From positions 1 to 64,000 of the IMG/VR virus record IMGVR_UViG_3300028920_000022: DNA of 64,000 nucleotides. One strand, given 5' to 3'. The translations under genes and the position numbers were made by a program. This document shows, piece by piece, positions 54,185 to 63,814 of the stretch (positions within the stretch are counted from its first letter, which is position 1; each line of letters opens with the position of its first letter). The notes below the pieces were generated by a model. The model ran no database searches and was not told where the DNA came from. It saw only the letters and a list, made by a program, of their open reading frames with translations.

Positions 54185-54367
54185 ATGAATAACACCCTAG
54201 CCCACTGTCCTACGGTTGCCCTTATCAACCGAATAAGGAACGCACCTATGGGTATGACCATGCGTGAGGTTGCGGATCAGTTGGTTGACGCTGGCGAGGA
54301 TCCTGGTACGGTTTTTCTGGCATATACTGCCGCAAAGATACTTGACAAGGACCAGGCTAAAAGGTAG
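54185..54367 (+). CDS. hypothetical protein
   Basis: start MNNTL. Confidence 0.55.
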   Translation: MNNTLAHCPTVALINRIRNAPMGMTMREVADQLVDAGEDPGTVFLAYTAAKILDKDQAKR

Positions 54368-54377
54368 AATAACACTC

Positions 54378-54584
54378 ATGAATGACGCAGAACGCGAAAA
54401 CTGGATTCTTAACGATGAAGGTCTCTATCACTGGTGGAAGTCCTCACGTCTGAGCATGCGCAGGTTTATCCGCGAAAACAGGGAAACCCTCACTTCCGCT
54501 ATCGAGGCTGCCGGTTCCGGCGGTGCTCCCGACCCACACCTGACCGAAGCTCAACGCGCTTCTGTTTGGTGTATGTCCATGTAG
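54378..54584 (+). CDS. hypothetical protein (leaderless)
   Basis: MNDAERENWILNDEGLY; TTGACA-17-TAGAAT. Confidence 0.7.
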   Translation: MNDAERENWILNDEGLYHWWKSSRLSMRRFIRENRETLTSAIEAAGSGGAPDPHLTEAQRASVWCMSM

Positions 54585-54591
54585 GTGTATA

Positions 54592-54960
54592 ATGTCTGAA
54601 TATAAAGCAACCTGTATTATTACGGGAAAAACGTTCACGGATCAAGAAGCCGAGGAACACATTGCGGAAACTTCTTTGGGTCCTGTGTGGGCGGCTCTTT
54701 GGGATTCGGATATTCAGTTCGATGAATATGGTATGGCTCTTATTCCTCGAAAGTGGAAGGAACGGTTTCGAATTCTTGAGAATGCTTCGGAAGATGCTTT
54801 TGAGAAGGAATGTCCACACGACCAGTTGATTGAATGTTATTCTCAAGAGTGGGTGTCTGGGGACTGTCTTCGATTGGATCTTCAGTGTAGCCAATGTGGG
54901 AAAAAGGGAACAATGTCAGTTCTATTGGACCCTAAAAACATTCTTTGGGAAAAAGATTGA
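54592..54960 (+). CDS. zinc-binding hypothetical protein
   Basis: CPH..CSQCG. Confidence 0.65.
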   Translation: MSEYKATCIITGKTFTDQEAEEHIAETSLGPVWAALWDSDIQFDEYGMALIPRKWKERFRILENASEDAFEKECPHDQLIECYSQEWVSGDCLRLDLQCSQCGKKGTMSVLLDPKNILWEKD

Positions 54961-54991
54961 CATTACCTAAAACCTGGAGTATAATCTTTTC

Positions 54992-55300
54992 ATGAATCTT
55001 TTCGTAGAAGAGTCGCACGTCGATGCCACCCGAGGGGTCAATTACGGCTCATCCGGCGTTCAGGAAAGTTTTACCAATAATGTTGGGCGTCTTTTCCGCT
55101 CCTGTCAGAGTCACTTCGGGCGCTGCACTTCCAGCGTCTATATCGACACCCCACAAGGGTCCAAAAAGATCGGTTGGGTTTTCGAGAAACAGGAAAAGTA
55201 CACTGACACTGGAGAGCCCTACCTGAGCGAAACGTGGGTAACAGTACACAAGTGCGCACCTGAACGTATGGTCAGATACGATTATCAGTTTTTGGATTGA
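54992..55300 (+). CDS. hypothetical protein (leaderless)
   Basis: GRCTSSVYID..IGWVFEK..ETWV. Confidence 0.75.
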   Translation: MNLFVEESHVDATRGVNYGSSGVQESFTNNVGRLFRSCQSHFGRCTSSVYIDTPQGSKKIGWVFEKQEKYTDTGEPYLSETWVTVHKCAPERMVRYDYQFLD

Positions 55301-55348
55301 CACATGGGGATCTGATAAGATATAAGGGAGCTACAAGGAAACGAAAAC

Positions 55349-55684
55349 ATGAACGAACCAGAAACCATTAGTGTAAATAATGTGGAATATGTGCGCAAAG
55401 ATGCTCAGCCGCCTCCGAACGGCAAGCGTGCTGTGGTCGTGGTTGACCGGGGTTGGATTTTTGCCGGCGATGTAGCTGAAGAAAACGGCAGAATTCGGCT
55501 CAGTCGTGCAGTGTTGGTGTTCAATTGGAGTCAGATTGGGTTTGATGGCGTGCTGAGGAATCCTAGAAGTGAGAAGGTGAACATCCGGAAGTTGTCACAC
55601 GACGTGGACTTGCCGTGTGATGCTGAGGTTTTTCGTATTCCAGTAGCTGATAACTGGGGACTGTTTTCGTATTCCAGTAGCTGA
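55349..55684 (+). CDS. Sm-like (DUF6948-like) protein
   Basis: VVVVDRGWIFAG..L..A....W; typically linked to GYG repeats. Confidence 0.6.
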   Translation: MNEPETISVNNVEYVRKDAQPPPNGKRAVVVVDRGWIFAGDVAEENGRIRLSRAVLVFNWSQIGFDGVLRNPRSEKVNIRKLSHDVDLPCDAEVFRIPVADNWGLFSYSSS

Positions 55685-55697
55685 TAACTGGGGACTG
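55630..55697. repeat. perfect 34-bp tandem duplication
   Basis: TTTTCGTATTCCAGTAGCTGATAACTGGGGACTG x2. Confidence 0.9.
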
Positions 55698-55699
55698 TG

Positions 55700-55933
55700 A
55701 TGGATGTTAATCCGATAGGTGACGGCTACGGCAGCGGCTACGGCGACGGCTACGGCAGCGGCTACGGCGACGGCTACGGCGACGGCTACGGCGACGGCTA
55801 CGGCGACGGCAGCGGCTACGGCTACGGCAACGGCAACGGCGACGGCAGCGGCTACGGCAACGGCTACGGCGACGGCGACGGCAGCGGCTACGGCTACGGT
55901 ACAATTAGACGCCGCATTAGAAGAAAACCTTGA
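55700..55933 (+). CDS. glycine-rich (GYGDG/GSG) repeat protein
   Basis: GGC-NAC tandem repeats; stop lies in TTGACA. Confidence 0.75.
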   Translation: MDVNPIGDGYGSGYGDGYGSGYGDGYGDGYGDGYGDGSGYGYGNGNGDGSGYGNGYGDGDGSGYGYGTIRRRIRRKP

Positions 55934-55964
55934 CAGCCATCTATCCTTTCTGATACACTGTATT

Positions 55965-56135
55965 CATCAAGCGGTCAGGAACCGAGGAGAATACTCTGGA
56001 ATACTGGACGAAGCAGGGACGCTTCGGGGGGATCCGTTTTATCTAGGCAACCCCAAACGGATCCCTCCGCACTCATGGTCCAACAGAGCCTCACGTTGAT
56101 CCTTCAGCCTTGGGCTTTCTCCGGCTGAACTCCCG
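55965..56135 (+). ncRNA. candidate structured non-coding RNA
   Basis: own promoter; nested stems GAGG/CCTC, CTCTG/CAGAG, TGGAC/GTCCA, CGAAGC/GCTTCG, GGATCCGTTT/AAACGGATCC. Confidence 0.55.
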
Positions 56136-56279
56136 ATTTCGTAAACGGTATCTGTTTCGTGGCTTTCCTTTCCTTGATTATGTTAAGGGTTATATCATGG
56201 GTCGGGATGGTTGTCAACCGGTTTTTTGATGGCAAGAAACTATTGACATTATCAAAAAAGTAAGATATAACCCTAGACC

Positions 56280-56531
56280 ATGAAAACAGCGATTATTGAG
56301 GTTGCTTACCTGTATGAGGACGGCACGTTTCTTACCCAGGTAATTGAGGTAAAAGCGGACCCGAAGGACAACGAAGCGGTCGAGCGAGCAAAGGACGAGT
56401 ATGCCCGTAAAAACCGAAATAAGGAGTGTGTCTGGTGTGTCACGCTTACCAACCACTTTGCGCTAGCAGAGATTCTGGAGGGGTTGAACCCTCGGGATCT
56501 GGTTGGACATAGCCGTCACGGAAACTATTGA
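56280..56531 (+). CDS. hypothetical protein
   Basis: own promoter. Confidence 0.65.
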   Translation: MKTAIIEVAYLYEDGTFLTQVIEVKADPKDNEAVERAKDEYARKNRNKECVWCVTLTNHFALAEILEGLNPRDLVGHSRHGNY

Positions 56532-56801
56532 CTTTGCCTGAAAACTAAGATATAACTCTGACTGCAAAAGCGGAGATAACATCACATGCAGATTTCGTTT
56601 GCTACTCTACACGTTTTGGCGTCGTTTTCGGTAGATGCAAAACGAACGCGGACTCGGTGGTTGGATCTAGTGGATTTGTATCCTGGGCAAGAAGTATCTT
56701 GTTTCTTTACCAATCACGAATTCAATCTTTTGGTATTCCCGGTTTTCGCGGATAAAAGGAAATAGTTGACATTATCCTAAAAACCCAATATAATCCTTCT
56801 C

Positions 56802-57950
56802 ATGTCTCAATACACAATCATGGCACACCGGCTCGACGAGCTGGAGAAACGAATCCGGCGCCTCAATAAAAAAGGTGGGAATATCGTCCTAGATGCCGGC
56901 TGTGAACGGGTCGAAGAATGGACCGACCCGGAAACCAATACCAAACATTCCCGCGTCGTGGTTGATATTGAGCTGGACGGGCTTGCCCCTGTCATTGATG
57001 GCTGGACCTTCATTGCCGCCCTGGAATGGCTGGAAACCGCCAATGTGGTCACTTCTGCCCCGGATACCCAGGTGCCCGAAAAGTACCGCCTGGCTGAGCC
57101 TATCTGCGAACATTGCGGCTGGGACCGTAAACGAATCTATACCTTCGTGCTTCGCTCGGAAACCGGGGAATATAAGCAGGTTGGCAAAACCTGCCTCCAA
57201 GACTTCCTCCGCTCCTCTGATCCCGGCTGGGCGGTCAACGTATTCAACCTCATGGGCGATCTGTCCCGGTGGGCTGAGTTGGACCGAGAAGAGTGTCTTG
57301 GGGGCGGTGGACCCCGGGGCTACAGTGCTCTGCGATTGCTGGCGGTTACTAGCAAGGTAATTCGGGAATATGGGTGGAAGGCGCGCAGCAAGGTTGTAGG
57401 CAACGAAGCAGCTACCGCTGACATTGCCTTGGCTTTTTTGGAAGATAACCCCTTTTCCGAGCTGGACCCTAAAGATCTCGAAAAGGCTACTGCGGTCCTC
57501 GATTGGGCGCCCACTATTGAACCCAAGTCGGATTATGAGCATAATCTCAAAACGGTATTAGGTGACGGACCTGACGGGCTAGTGAGGTACAAGCATGCTG
57601 GAATTGCGTGCAGCGGGATTATTGCGTACAATCGGGTACACGAGCAACCGAAGAGCAAGATTGAGTCAACCTATTTTGGTGAGATTGGAAAGCGATATCG
57701 TGGGGTTGCGGCTACGGTAAGCCGGGTGAGGTACACAGAGGGGATGTACGGGACCACGACTGTGGTATCGATGGTAACGCCGGAGGGGCAGGAATTGGTG
57801 TGGTTTGCTTCTGGAGGGGTCAAGGGGGTAGATGAGGATGAGCTGGTGGGAAAGGCGATCAAGCTGGACGGAACGGTAAAGAAGCATGATGAATTTCGGG
57901 GAGTAAAGCAAACGAAGCTGAACCGGTGTAAGATAGTGGTTGACGGGTGA
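56802..57950 (+). CDS. conserved phage protein with zinc finger and C-terminal OB-fold-like domain
   Basis: CEHCG..R..QVGKTC; G.IGKR..LVWFAS..GTVKKH.EF.G.KQT.L.R. Confidence 0.75.
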   Translation: MSQYTIMAHRLDELEKRIRRLNKKGGNIVLDAGCERVEEWTDPETNTKHSRVVVDIELDGLAPVIDGWTFIAALEWLETANVVTSAPDTQVPEKYRLAEPICEHCGWDRKRIYTFVLRSETGEYKQVGKTCLQDFLRSSDPGWAVNVFNLMGDLSRWAELDREECLGGGGPRGYSALRLLAVTSKVIREYGWKARSKVVGNEAATADIALAFLEDNPFSELDPKDLEKATAVLDWAPTIEPKSDYEHNLKTVLGDGPDGLVRYKHAGIACSGIIAYNRVHEQPKSKIESTYFGEIGKRYRGVAATVSRVRYTEGMYGTTTVVSMVTPEGQELVWFASGGVKGVDEDELVGKAIKLDGTVKKHDEFRGVKQTKLNRCKIVVDG

Positions 57951-58362
57951 GGTAAAGGTTGATATAAAGGATCTGTATCGCACGGGAGTAAAACATGGCA
58001 AAGCTAGTTGTATATTGCGGTAATGACGAAATTATTGTCACCACCAAGAAAAACGAAGCCCGAATGTTGGCGGAATATTTCCATGCCAAAACCGGTCGAA
58101 AGGTGGAGGACTACGATCGGAATGTCAAAATGACAATCCGTATTGCTAGTGAGGTAGTCGTCTCTGGTGATTAGAGGTGAGACGCTACTCCAAAGATCCT
58201 CATTGGTGGGTTGAGGTAAAGTTTAGTATAGGACGTTAGTGGGATGTGTATATTCAGTAAATGTAATTGGCAAGAGATTGCGCGCACATACGCGCCGCCG
58301 CTTAAAGTTGCGTTTGAGATTAAGGGTCCTTCTTACGCGGATGCGGCTGATAAGGTAATAGC

Positions 58363-58578
58363 ATGAATTGGGAATGCAGACTTTACGGAAAGATCAACAT
58401 TCAATCCGGAGCAATCCGCCGAGTAGACCGCAAGTTTGACGGGTCAGGGGACGTATATGCTGCTGCGTTGAGAGAGCTGAGCAAGCGGAAGGACCAAGGG
58501 GAACCGTGGTATGGGGATGCTGTCACGGTGATCACGCCACTAGGGCAGAAGCTCATTGTGGAAGTACCTTACCCTTGA
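58363..58578 (+). CDS. hypothetical protein
   Basis: SD; stop lies in TTGACA. Confidence 0.6.
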   Translation: MNWECRLYGKINIQSGAIRRVDRKFDGSGDVYAAALRELSKRKDQGEPWYGDAVTVITPLGQKLIVEVPYP

Positions 58579-58869
58579 CAGGTAGAATCAAGGGAAAAGA
58601 AACATATTGACATTGTTCCCTAAATACTGTAAGATCTTATCTTCAAATCGAAAACCAAGTTAAGTACCCGCTCGGAATGGTTCCGGGGCGGAACGAAGGT
58701 TAACACATATGAATCTAAAGCGATCGAGGTATCCTCCGCTTTCTTAACTTTTCGCTTGATAAAACTGTTGAATTTAATATGTTGATTGACTAAGTCCCCG
58801 TCCTGTTTGATAGAAGATTTCGCCGTCCTCTTGAAACACAGGGCGGGGCAACTTTTAGCGAAGGAAACC

Positions 58870-59121
58870 ATGACAGACAAGAAAAAGGGAATTTGGATTA
58901 TTGAGCGCCGGGATGGGGTTGAATATCTGGCGTGCGAGGTAGAATTCGCGCAAGGAATTGTTTATGTTCGCAAGCCGGTAAGAGCGAACGGCACTCACTG
59001 GGAAAAACTTTGTACTTCGGCGCTATACTTTCCCATTGACATGCTTGCGTCGTGGGGATGGACCGACGACAAAAATTATATTAAACAATATAATATTGCC
59101 GGCGCTTTTGCAGAAGAATAG
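58870..59121 (+). CDS. hypothetical protein
   Basis: AAGGA SD, MTDKKK. Confidence 0.6.
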   Translation: MTDKKKGIWIIERRDGVEYLACEVEFAQGIVYVRKPVRANGTHWEKLCTSALYFPIDMLASWGWTDDKNYIKQYNIAGAFAEE

Positions 59122-59176
59122 GGCAATCTGAGGCGCAATCATTCGCAGCTGCCGTCTGGGATGAGGAAAACAACCG

Positions 59177-59362
59177 ATGTCTCTAAAAACCGTCATAAAA
59201 GAAGAAAAGGATCTAATAAGCCTCACTATTGAAGGGATGAGCAAGGATCAGTTTCTGACGTTGTTTTATGCTCTTGAGAACCACGAAACTATGGATGGTC
59301 AAGACTTGTACGCCCGTATACGTTCAGCCATGCCGCAGGAATTGAGGGTTAAAATCTGGTAA
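59177..59362 (+). CDS. hypothetical protein
   Basis: GAGGA SD. Confidence 0.6.
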   Translation: MSLKTVIKEEKDLISLTIEGMSKDQFLTLFYALENHETMDGQDLYARIRSAMPQELRVKIW

Positions 59363-59403
59363 AAGAGATTGACAACCTGTTTTAAGTTTGGTATAAGGGT
59401 GAC

Positions 59404-59679
59404 ATGACAAAGCAAGAAATTATCACGGAGTTGGCGGGTGGACGTTGGAGTCACGAAGACATTCAGGATTTTGCCAGTGCTCTGAAGGGTTGTCGAGCAG
59501 CGGCTGATGCTGTTGCTAAGTGGCAATTTAATGTCGGGGATAAGGTCAAGTTTACGGGACGTCGGGGCAACGTAGTGGTTGGCACGGTAGTCAAGCGAAT
59601 GACCAAGAACCTGCAAGTTCGGGAGGATGAAAAGTTTCGTACCTGGACCGTTCCGCCGAGCATGTTGGAAAAGGTTTGA
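59404..59679 (+). CDS. KOW/SH3-like barrel protein
   Basis: FNVGDKVKF..G.V.K..K..WTVPPSML. Confidence 0.7.
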   Translation: MTKQEIITELAGGRWSHEDIQDFASALKGCRAAADAVAKWQFNVGDKVKFTGRRGNVVVGTVVKRMTKNLQVREDEKFRTWTVPPSMLEKV

Positions 59680-59710
59680 CAATTTGGGTAAAGTCTAGTA
59701 TAAAGATTTT

Positions 59711-60001
59711 ATGATTCACTTTAACGAACCTGGCGATCTCACGGAGTGGGCATTAGGGATATACCAGCAATTACGCTGGCAGCCCTGGGAGCCATTCGAT
59801 TCCGGCTCTAGGTTTCGTTGTATTGAGATTCCGATGCCCGCGACACAGAAAGCGTGGGAGGATCTGGAAACTAAGGTATTGACAGAATTACACTCTGACT
59901 GTTTTCTTGCACCTTCGGGGGAAAGCAGAGAAAAGGCGTTAATTGTCGAGATGGAGAATATTGTGGGATTTAGGACAATTCCATATCCGGGGCAACCTTG
60001 A
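59711..60001 (+). CDS. hypothetical protein (leaderless)
   Basis: own promoter. Confidence 0.65.
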   Translation: MIHFNEPGDLTEWALGIYQQLRWQPWEPFDSGSRFRCIEIPMPATQKAWEDLETKVLTELHSDCFLAPSGESREKALIVEMENIVGFRTIPYPGQP

Positions 60002-60032
60002 CAAGCGGATTTAATTAGAAAAAGGTTGACAA

Positions 60033-60383
60033 ATGCGAGTTTTAGGGCTAGACTTCACGGAACTTAAAACACATATTAACCAATCGGTTACGTCCGATCT
60101 AGCAAAAGGGGACCAAGTTTTCGAATATAAGGTTGGAGGGGCATCTTTGCTACTATTCCACCGGGCTGAAGATTGTCCTGAATATTCGGGGATGTGGTAC
60201 GTTTTATGGACTTTAGACTCCTGCGTGACGCAACTTCGAGGTTTTCCGGTGCCATTCGCTACACCGGAGGAGGCTCTTAATTTTCAAAAAGACTTAATTT
60301 TCGGGGAGCTTAAAACCAAGAAAAAGCAGATTATTGCTATTGAAAAACTATTAGCTCCTTTTGAGGATAAAGTTTTTAATTGA
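60033..60383 (+). CDS. hypothetical protein
   Basis: stop lies in TTGACA. Confidence 0.6.
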   Translation: MRVLGLDFTELKTHINQSVTSDLAKGDQVFEYKVGGASLLLFHRAEDCPEYSGMWYVLWTLDSCVTQLRGFPVPFATPEEALNFQKDLIFGELKTKKKQIIAIEKLLAPFEDKVFN

Positions 60384-60414
60384 CAGATTTTTTTAGTTAA
60401 GGTATAAGGGGACC

Positions 60415-60846
60415 ATGAATTACCGAGACGAAGCCGTTTACGACGCAAAGACGCTGGTCAAAGAGCAGCTAGCTGAACCCATTTTGGAACAGCTCGGACC
60501 GAATGGAAACCTAATGCGGGTTTTTGATCACGATTCGGTGTATACCTGGGTTCACGAATATTGTATTGATAAGTCGTACACGCTATTGGAAGCGGCAACG
60601 TTGCTTGACCAATTGCGAGATTATACCGAAACTGACTATGGACTTTGGCATTGTCTTGAGCCTAAAGATGCCATCGCCGTCCAGGCGGCATATACTTACG
60701 GGAATGCGGTGCAAAGTCTTGCCAGGAGTTTGGTGGAGAATATTGGGGAAGAATACGACACGCTAGAGCAGGGGGACGACGAGGCTGACGAAGCGTGGGA
60801 TGAGCGGGCACGAAAGCATATTGTCGAGTATATTGAGAACTTGTAG
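60415..60846 (+). CDS. acidic helical protein (possible Ocr-like DNA mimic)
   Basis: D/E-rich; leaderless early gene. Confidence 0.5.
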   Translation: MNYRDEAVYDAKTLVKEQLAEPILEQLGPNGNLMRVFDHDSVYTWVHEYCIDKSYTLLEAATLLDQLRDYTETDYGLWHCLEPKDAIAVQAAYTYGNAVQSLARSLVENIGEEYDTLEQGDDEADEAWDERARKHIVEYIENL

Positions 60847-60850
60847 GATC

Positions 60851-61219
60851 ATGACAGTAATTGATTTCAAAAAGGCACGAACCAGACAGCTAAAAGGCAA
60901 GAGTGTGGATGCCAATGGTATGTTCGTACCAGTACGAAAGGCTAAGGAAACCACAGAAGCAGATTGTTTCGTTTATCTAAACGGTGGCGACGGGGTGGTG
61001 CTATTACCGATAAGTGAAAGTTTGGATAATCTAAAACGATGTCTTGCAAAGTTTGATTTTAGCGACGACATGGAGATTGTGGAAATCGATGATATGCAAG
61101 GGTTTATGGAGATGGTACCTAAAGAGCTGGACGGAAAGCCAGTAAAGATAATTCTCAATCCTTTTCCAGTAGTGGGGGCAGAGAAGGTTGTATGTGGGAT
61201 GTTGTTAGATAAGGTTTGA
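60851..61219 (+). CDS. hypothetical protein
   Basis: start MTVIDF. Confidence 0.65.
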   Translation: MTVIDFKKARTRQLKGKSVDANGMFVPVRKAKETTEADCFVYLNGGDGVVLLPISESLDNLKRCLAKFDFSDDMEIVEIDDMQGFMEMVPKELDGKPVKIILNPFPVVGAEKVVCGMLLDKV

Positions 61220-61250
61220 CAACGGCTTATAATTGGGGTATAAAGAGACC

Positions 61251-61556
61251 ATGAATGACAAGGAATTTGAGGTTGGGTATGACGACTCCAATTGTTGGGG
61301 AGTTTTCGGTGTAGACTCAGGGCACTGTTATTCGCTTTATTCGGACAAGGGAGAAGCTGAGCTGGACGCGGTAAAGCGAGAGATTAACCGACTGGAGACT
61401 ATTGACAGCGGCTCGGATGAAATTCTCCGAACCATTCACAACGAATGGGTGGACACCTTGAGGGCTACGGAGGGGGACGCGGATGTTTCAGTATTGAAAC
61501 GACATATTCGGTTCGTTAAGAAGCTTTCGGAGGCAATTGAGATTCTCAAAGGATAG
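61251..61556 (+). CDS. hypothetical protein (leaderless)
   Basis: start MNDKEF 6 nt after TATAAA. Confidence 0.65.
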   Translation: MNDKEFEVGYDDSNCWGVFGVDSGHCYSLYSDKGEAELDAVKREINRLETIDSGSDEILRTIHNEWVDTLRATEGDADVSVLKRHIRFVKKLSEAIEILKG

Positions 61557-61558
61557 CT

Positions 61559-61888
61559 ATGCTTAAGTACATCAATGGACGTTGGCAGAGATTGCCTGAC
61601 AAAATGCCTGAGCCGAATATCGATTACATGAGTTTCGATCTTGACGAACTAATTGGGGCGGTTTATAATTGGTGTCATAATAGTGCCGAGGGGCTACGTT
61701 TTGACGCTGGGAATCTGATCCATCGCGTAGATCCTGGTGAAAAAGATTATTTACTTTCGGCAGCGAAAGATTGTGACACTGTAAAGGCAAAGATGGCAGA
61801 GGCTCTTGAAGTGATGTTTCCGGGGCTTCTACAGGAATTCTGGGAAGCACAAGAGGAAATCAAAATCAACCGATGCATGGCATTGTAA
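61559..61888 (+). CDS. hypothetical protein
   Basis: ORF in operon. Confidence 0.6.
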   Translation: MLKYINGRWQRLPDKMPEPNIDYMSFDLDELIGAVYNWCHNSAEGLRFDAGNLIHRVDPGEKDYLLSAAKDCDTVKAKMAEALEVMFPGLLQEFWEAQEEIKINRCMAL

Positions 61889-61902
61889 AGAGGAGAATAA
61901 AA

Positions 61903-62070
61903 ATGGACCTTGAGGAAGACACGAAGAATGAATGTTTGCGCCGATTGAGAGCATTATTGTCAGAATATAGGCATCAATCAAGGGAAAACGAACTCAACGG
62001 ATTGCAACATACTGCGGCGGTAAAAGCGGGCAGGCTGGAATCTATTATTGTTGCATTAGAGCAGCTTTAA
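61903..62070 (+). CDS. hypothetical protein
   Basis: GAGGAG SD, MDLEED. Confidence 0.6.
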   Translation: MDLEEDTKNECLRRLRALLSEYRHQSRENELNGLQHTAAVKAGRLESIIVALEQL

Positions 62071-62287
62071 GGCGATAACATAGAGAGACGCCTGGGAGAG
62101 ATTCCGTCGGGGAGATCATGTCTTCTCATTGAGGACACAAAAAGTGCGGCAGATTGCTTGACTTACCGTGGAGAGTTTGGTATTGCTAAGTTCAAGTTGT
62201 ATCAGGATCTAGCGATGCTGGAGGGTTTCCAGCACGCCAGGCGAACACCGGGGCTTAAAAACCTCCCCTTTCTTCATAAGTTAGTTG

Positions 62288-62572
62288 ATGAATGATCTAA
62301 AGCAGAAATTATGGTTACGGCGCCAAGCCATTCTTGCCGAATGTCCCAGGGAGGTTGCTCGGGAACAGAATACGGAGGAAATGGTTGCGTTGGACCGTGA
62401 AGCAATTTCACACTGCGTGGATGATCGTATTGCTCGCGGGTGGGCGCCGGAGGATGTTTTGGCTTATGCTATCAATCTGGAGCATGTAAACCCTGTACTT
62501 GAGGAAGACGTGGCACTCAAGAGAATGGCAGAAGTTTCTAAAAAGTATCCTCCGATTAAGAAGAGGGGTTGA
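62288..62572 (+). CDS. hypothetical protein
   Basis: stop lies in TTGACT. Confidence 0.6.
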   Translation: MNDLKQKLWLRRQAILAECPREVAREQNTEEMVALDREAISHCVDDRIARGWAPEDVLAYAINLEHVNPVLEEDVALKRMAEVSKKYPPIKKRG

Positions 62573-62607
62573 CTTTCATATTAAGGCTTGATATAAGGAA
62601 ATTAGAT

Positions 62608-63075
62608 ATGTACTACAAACCAATCAACCGTAAATCTAGCGCCATTAGTGCATTGCTGGACGAATCCCCGGTATATCAAAAGCAAGGGGAGGTCAATGCT
62701 CGTCCTGCGAATACTGGAGAGGCAATCACTACTGAACTAAAGAGTGGTACTACGGAAACTACCAATACTGCAAAGCCCGGAGATTGGATCGTCACTAATC
62801 CGAGTGGAGAGCAGTACATTATTTCCGGGGAAAAGTTTTTCAATCGTTACCAACCGACCAGTAAAACTGGAGTTTACGCTGCCAAGGGGTTCTGCCGAGC
62901 AGTTCAGAATCCTTTTGGGGAACCGATTCAGATCATGGCATCTTGGGGTGAGGTGCAGGTAGGTGACGAACACTGTTTTATTGCGGACGTTTGCAACGCA
63001 GCCGGGGTAAGAGACGGAGAGCCGTACCTTATTGATGCTGATGCTTTTAGAGATACGTATCAAAAAGCGCATTGA
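62608..63075 (+). CDS. PGDYG-domain-like protein
   Basis: AKPGDWIV.NP.GEQY.I..EKF...Y; duplicated half domain. Confidence 0.7.
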   Translation: MYYKPINRKSSAISALLDESPVYQKQGEVNARPANTGEAITTELKSGTTETTNTAKPGDWIVTNPSGEQYIISGEKFFNRYQPTSKTGVYAAKGFCRAVQNPFGEPIQIMASWGEVQVGDEHCFIADVCNAAGVRDGEPYLIDADAFRDTYQKAH

Positions 63076-63106
63076 CAATTAGACTTTAATCGGCTATAAT
63101 TGCTTT

Positions 63107-63541
63107 ATGGAAATCGCAGAAAGTGATAAACCGCTATTCGATGCTTTACCTAAGCTAGTACAGCGAACACAGGAGCTATTGAAGGCAGCCGGGCTTACCT
63201 GTAAGATTAGTGTCAATGATGATGCCTGGTCGGATCCTTCGATTGAACTGGATACTACTGGTATTGGTGTTTGTATTTCGTGGGATTCCGATAAGGTTAC
63301 ATATGGCGCTTTTACTACGGTTTACAATCCGGGAGTGATGTACTACCCAGATGGTAGTGGGGAACCGCCGAGCGAGGATTACAGCGAACTGGGGAAAGCC
63401 AGCACGAATCCTAACGGTCCTCTCACTGAGGCAATCAAGGCATTGATTGAGTTTCGGCTTAATGATCTGTTTGAGCACGAAGCGGACGAAGAGGAAGCCA
63501 AGTATTGGGCGGAAATGGAAAGAGTGGATTTTAATCCTTGA
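63107..63541 (+). CDS. acidic hypothetical protein (leaderless)
   Basis: consensus promoter; YYPDGSGEPP motif. Confidence 0.7.
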   Translation: MEIAESDKPLFDALPKLVQRTQELLKAAGLTCKISVNDDAWSDPSIELDTTGIGVCISWDSDKVTYGAFTTVYNPGVMYYPDGSGEPPSEDYSELGKASTNPNGPLTEAIKALIEFRLNDLFEHEADEEEAKYWAEMERVDFNP

Positions 63542-63574
63542 CAATAGTCCTTATTCCGATCTATAAGGTTGGTC

Positions 63575-63814
63575 ATGACAATTATTCTAGCAAATGGTCC
63601 CAAGGTTCCGGCACACGGCACAACGGCAGCGTGGCGGAGTGTATTGGTTCAAGAGCCTACTGAGCTGGTGGTTTATGCCGAGTATTTCAATGATACTGGA
63701 TCATACTACAGTCACGGGGTGTACTTCGACAGTGCACAATGGAAGGAAGCAAAGCGGCACTTTACGCAAGCGGTATGTCGGGACCTGAGACGAATTGATG
63801 AGATTAGGGGTTGA
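63575..63814 (+). CDS. hypothetical protein
   Basis: Y.HG.YF motif; own promoter. Confidence 0.6.
   Translation: MTIILANGPKVPAHGTTAAWRSVLVQEPTELVVYAEYFNDTGSYYSHGVYFDSAQWKEAKRHFTQAVCRDLRRIDEIRG

Noticed and set aside
55707-56099. Arg-rich (minus) and Thr/Ala-repeat (plus) ORFs
   Set aside because: Shadow frames of the GGC-NAC glycine repeat.
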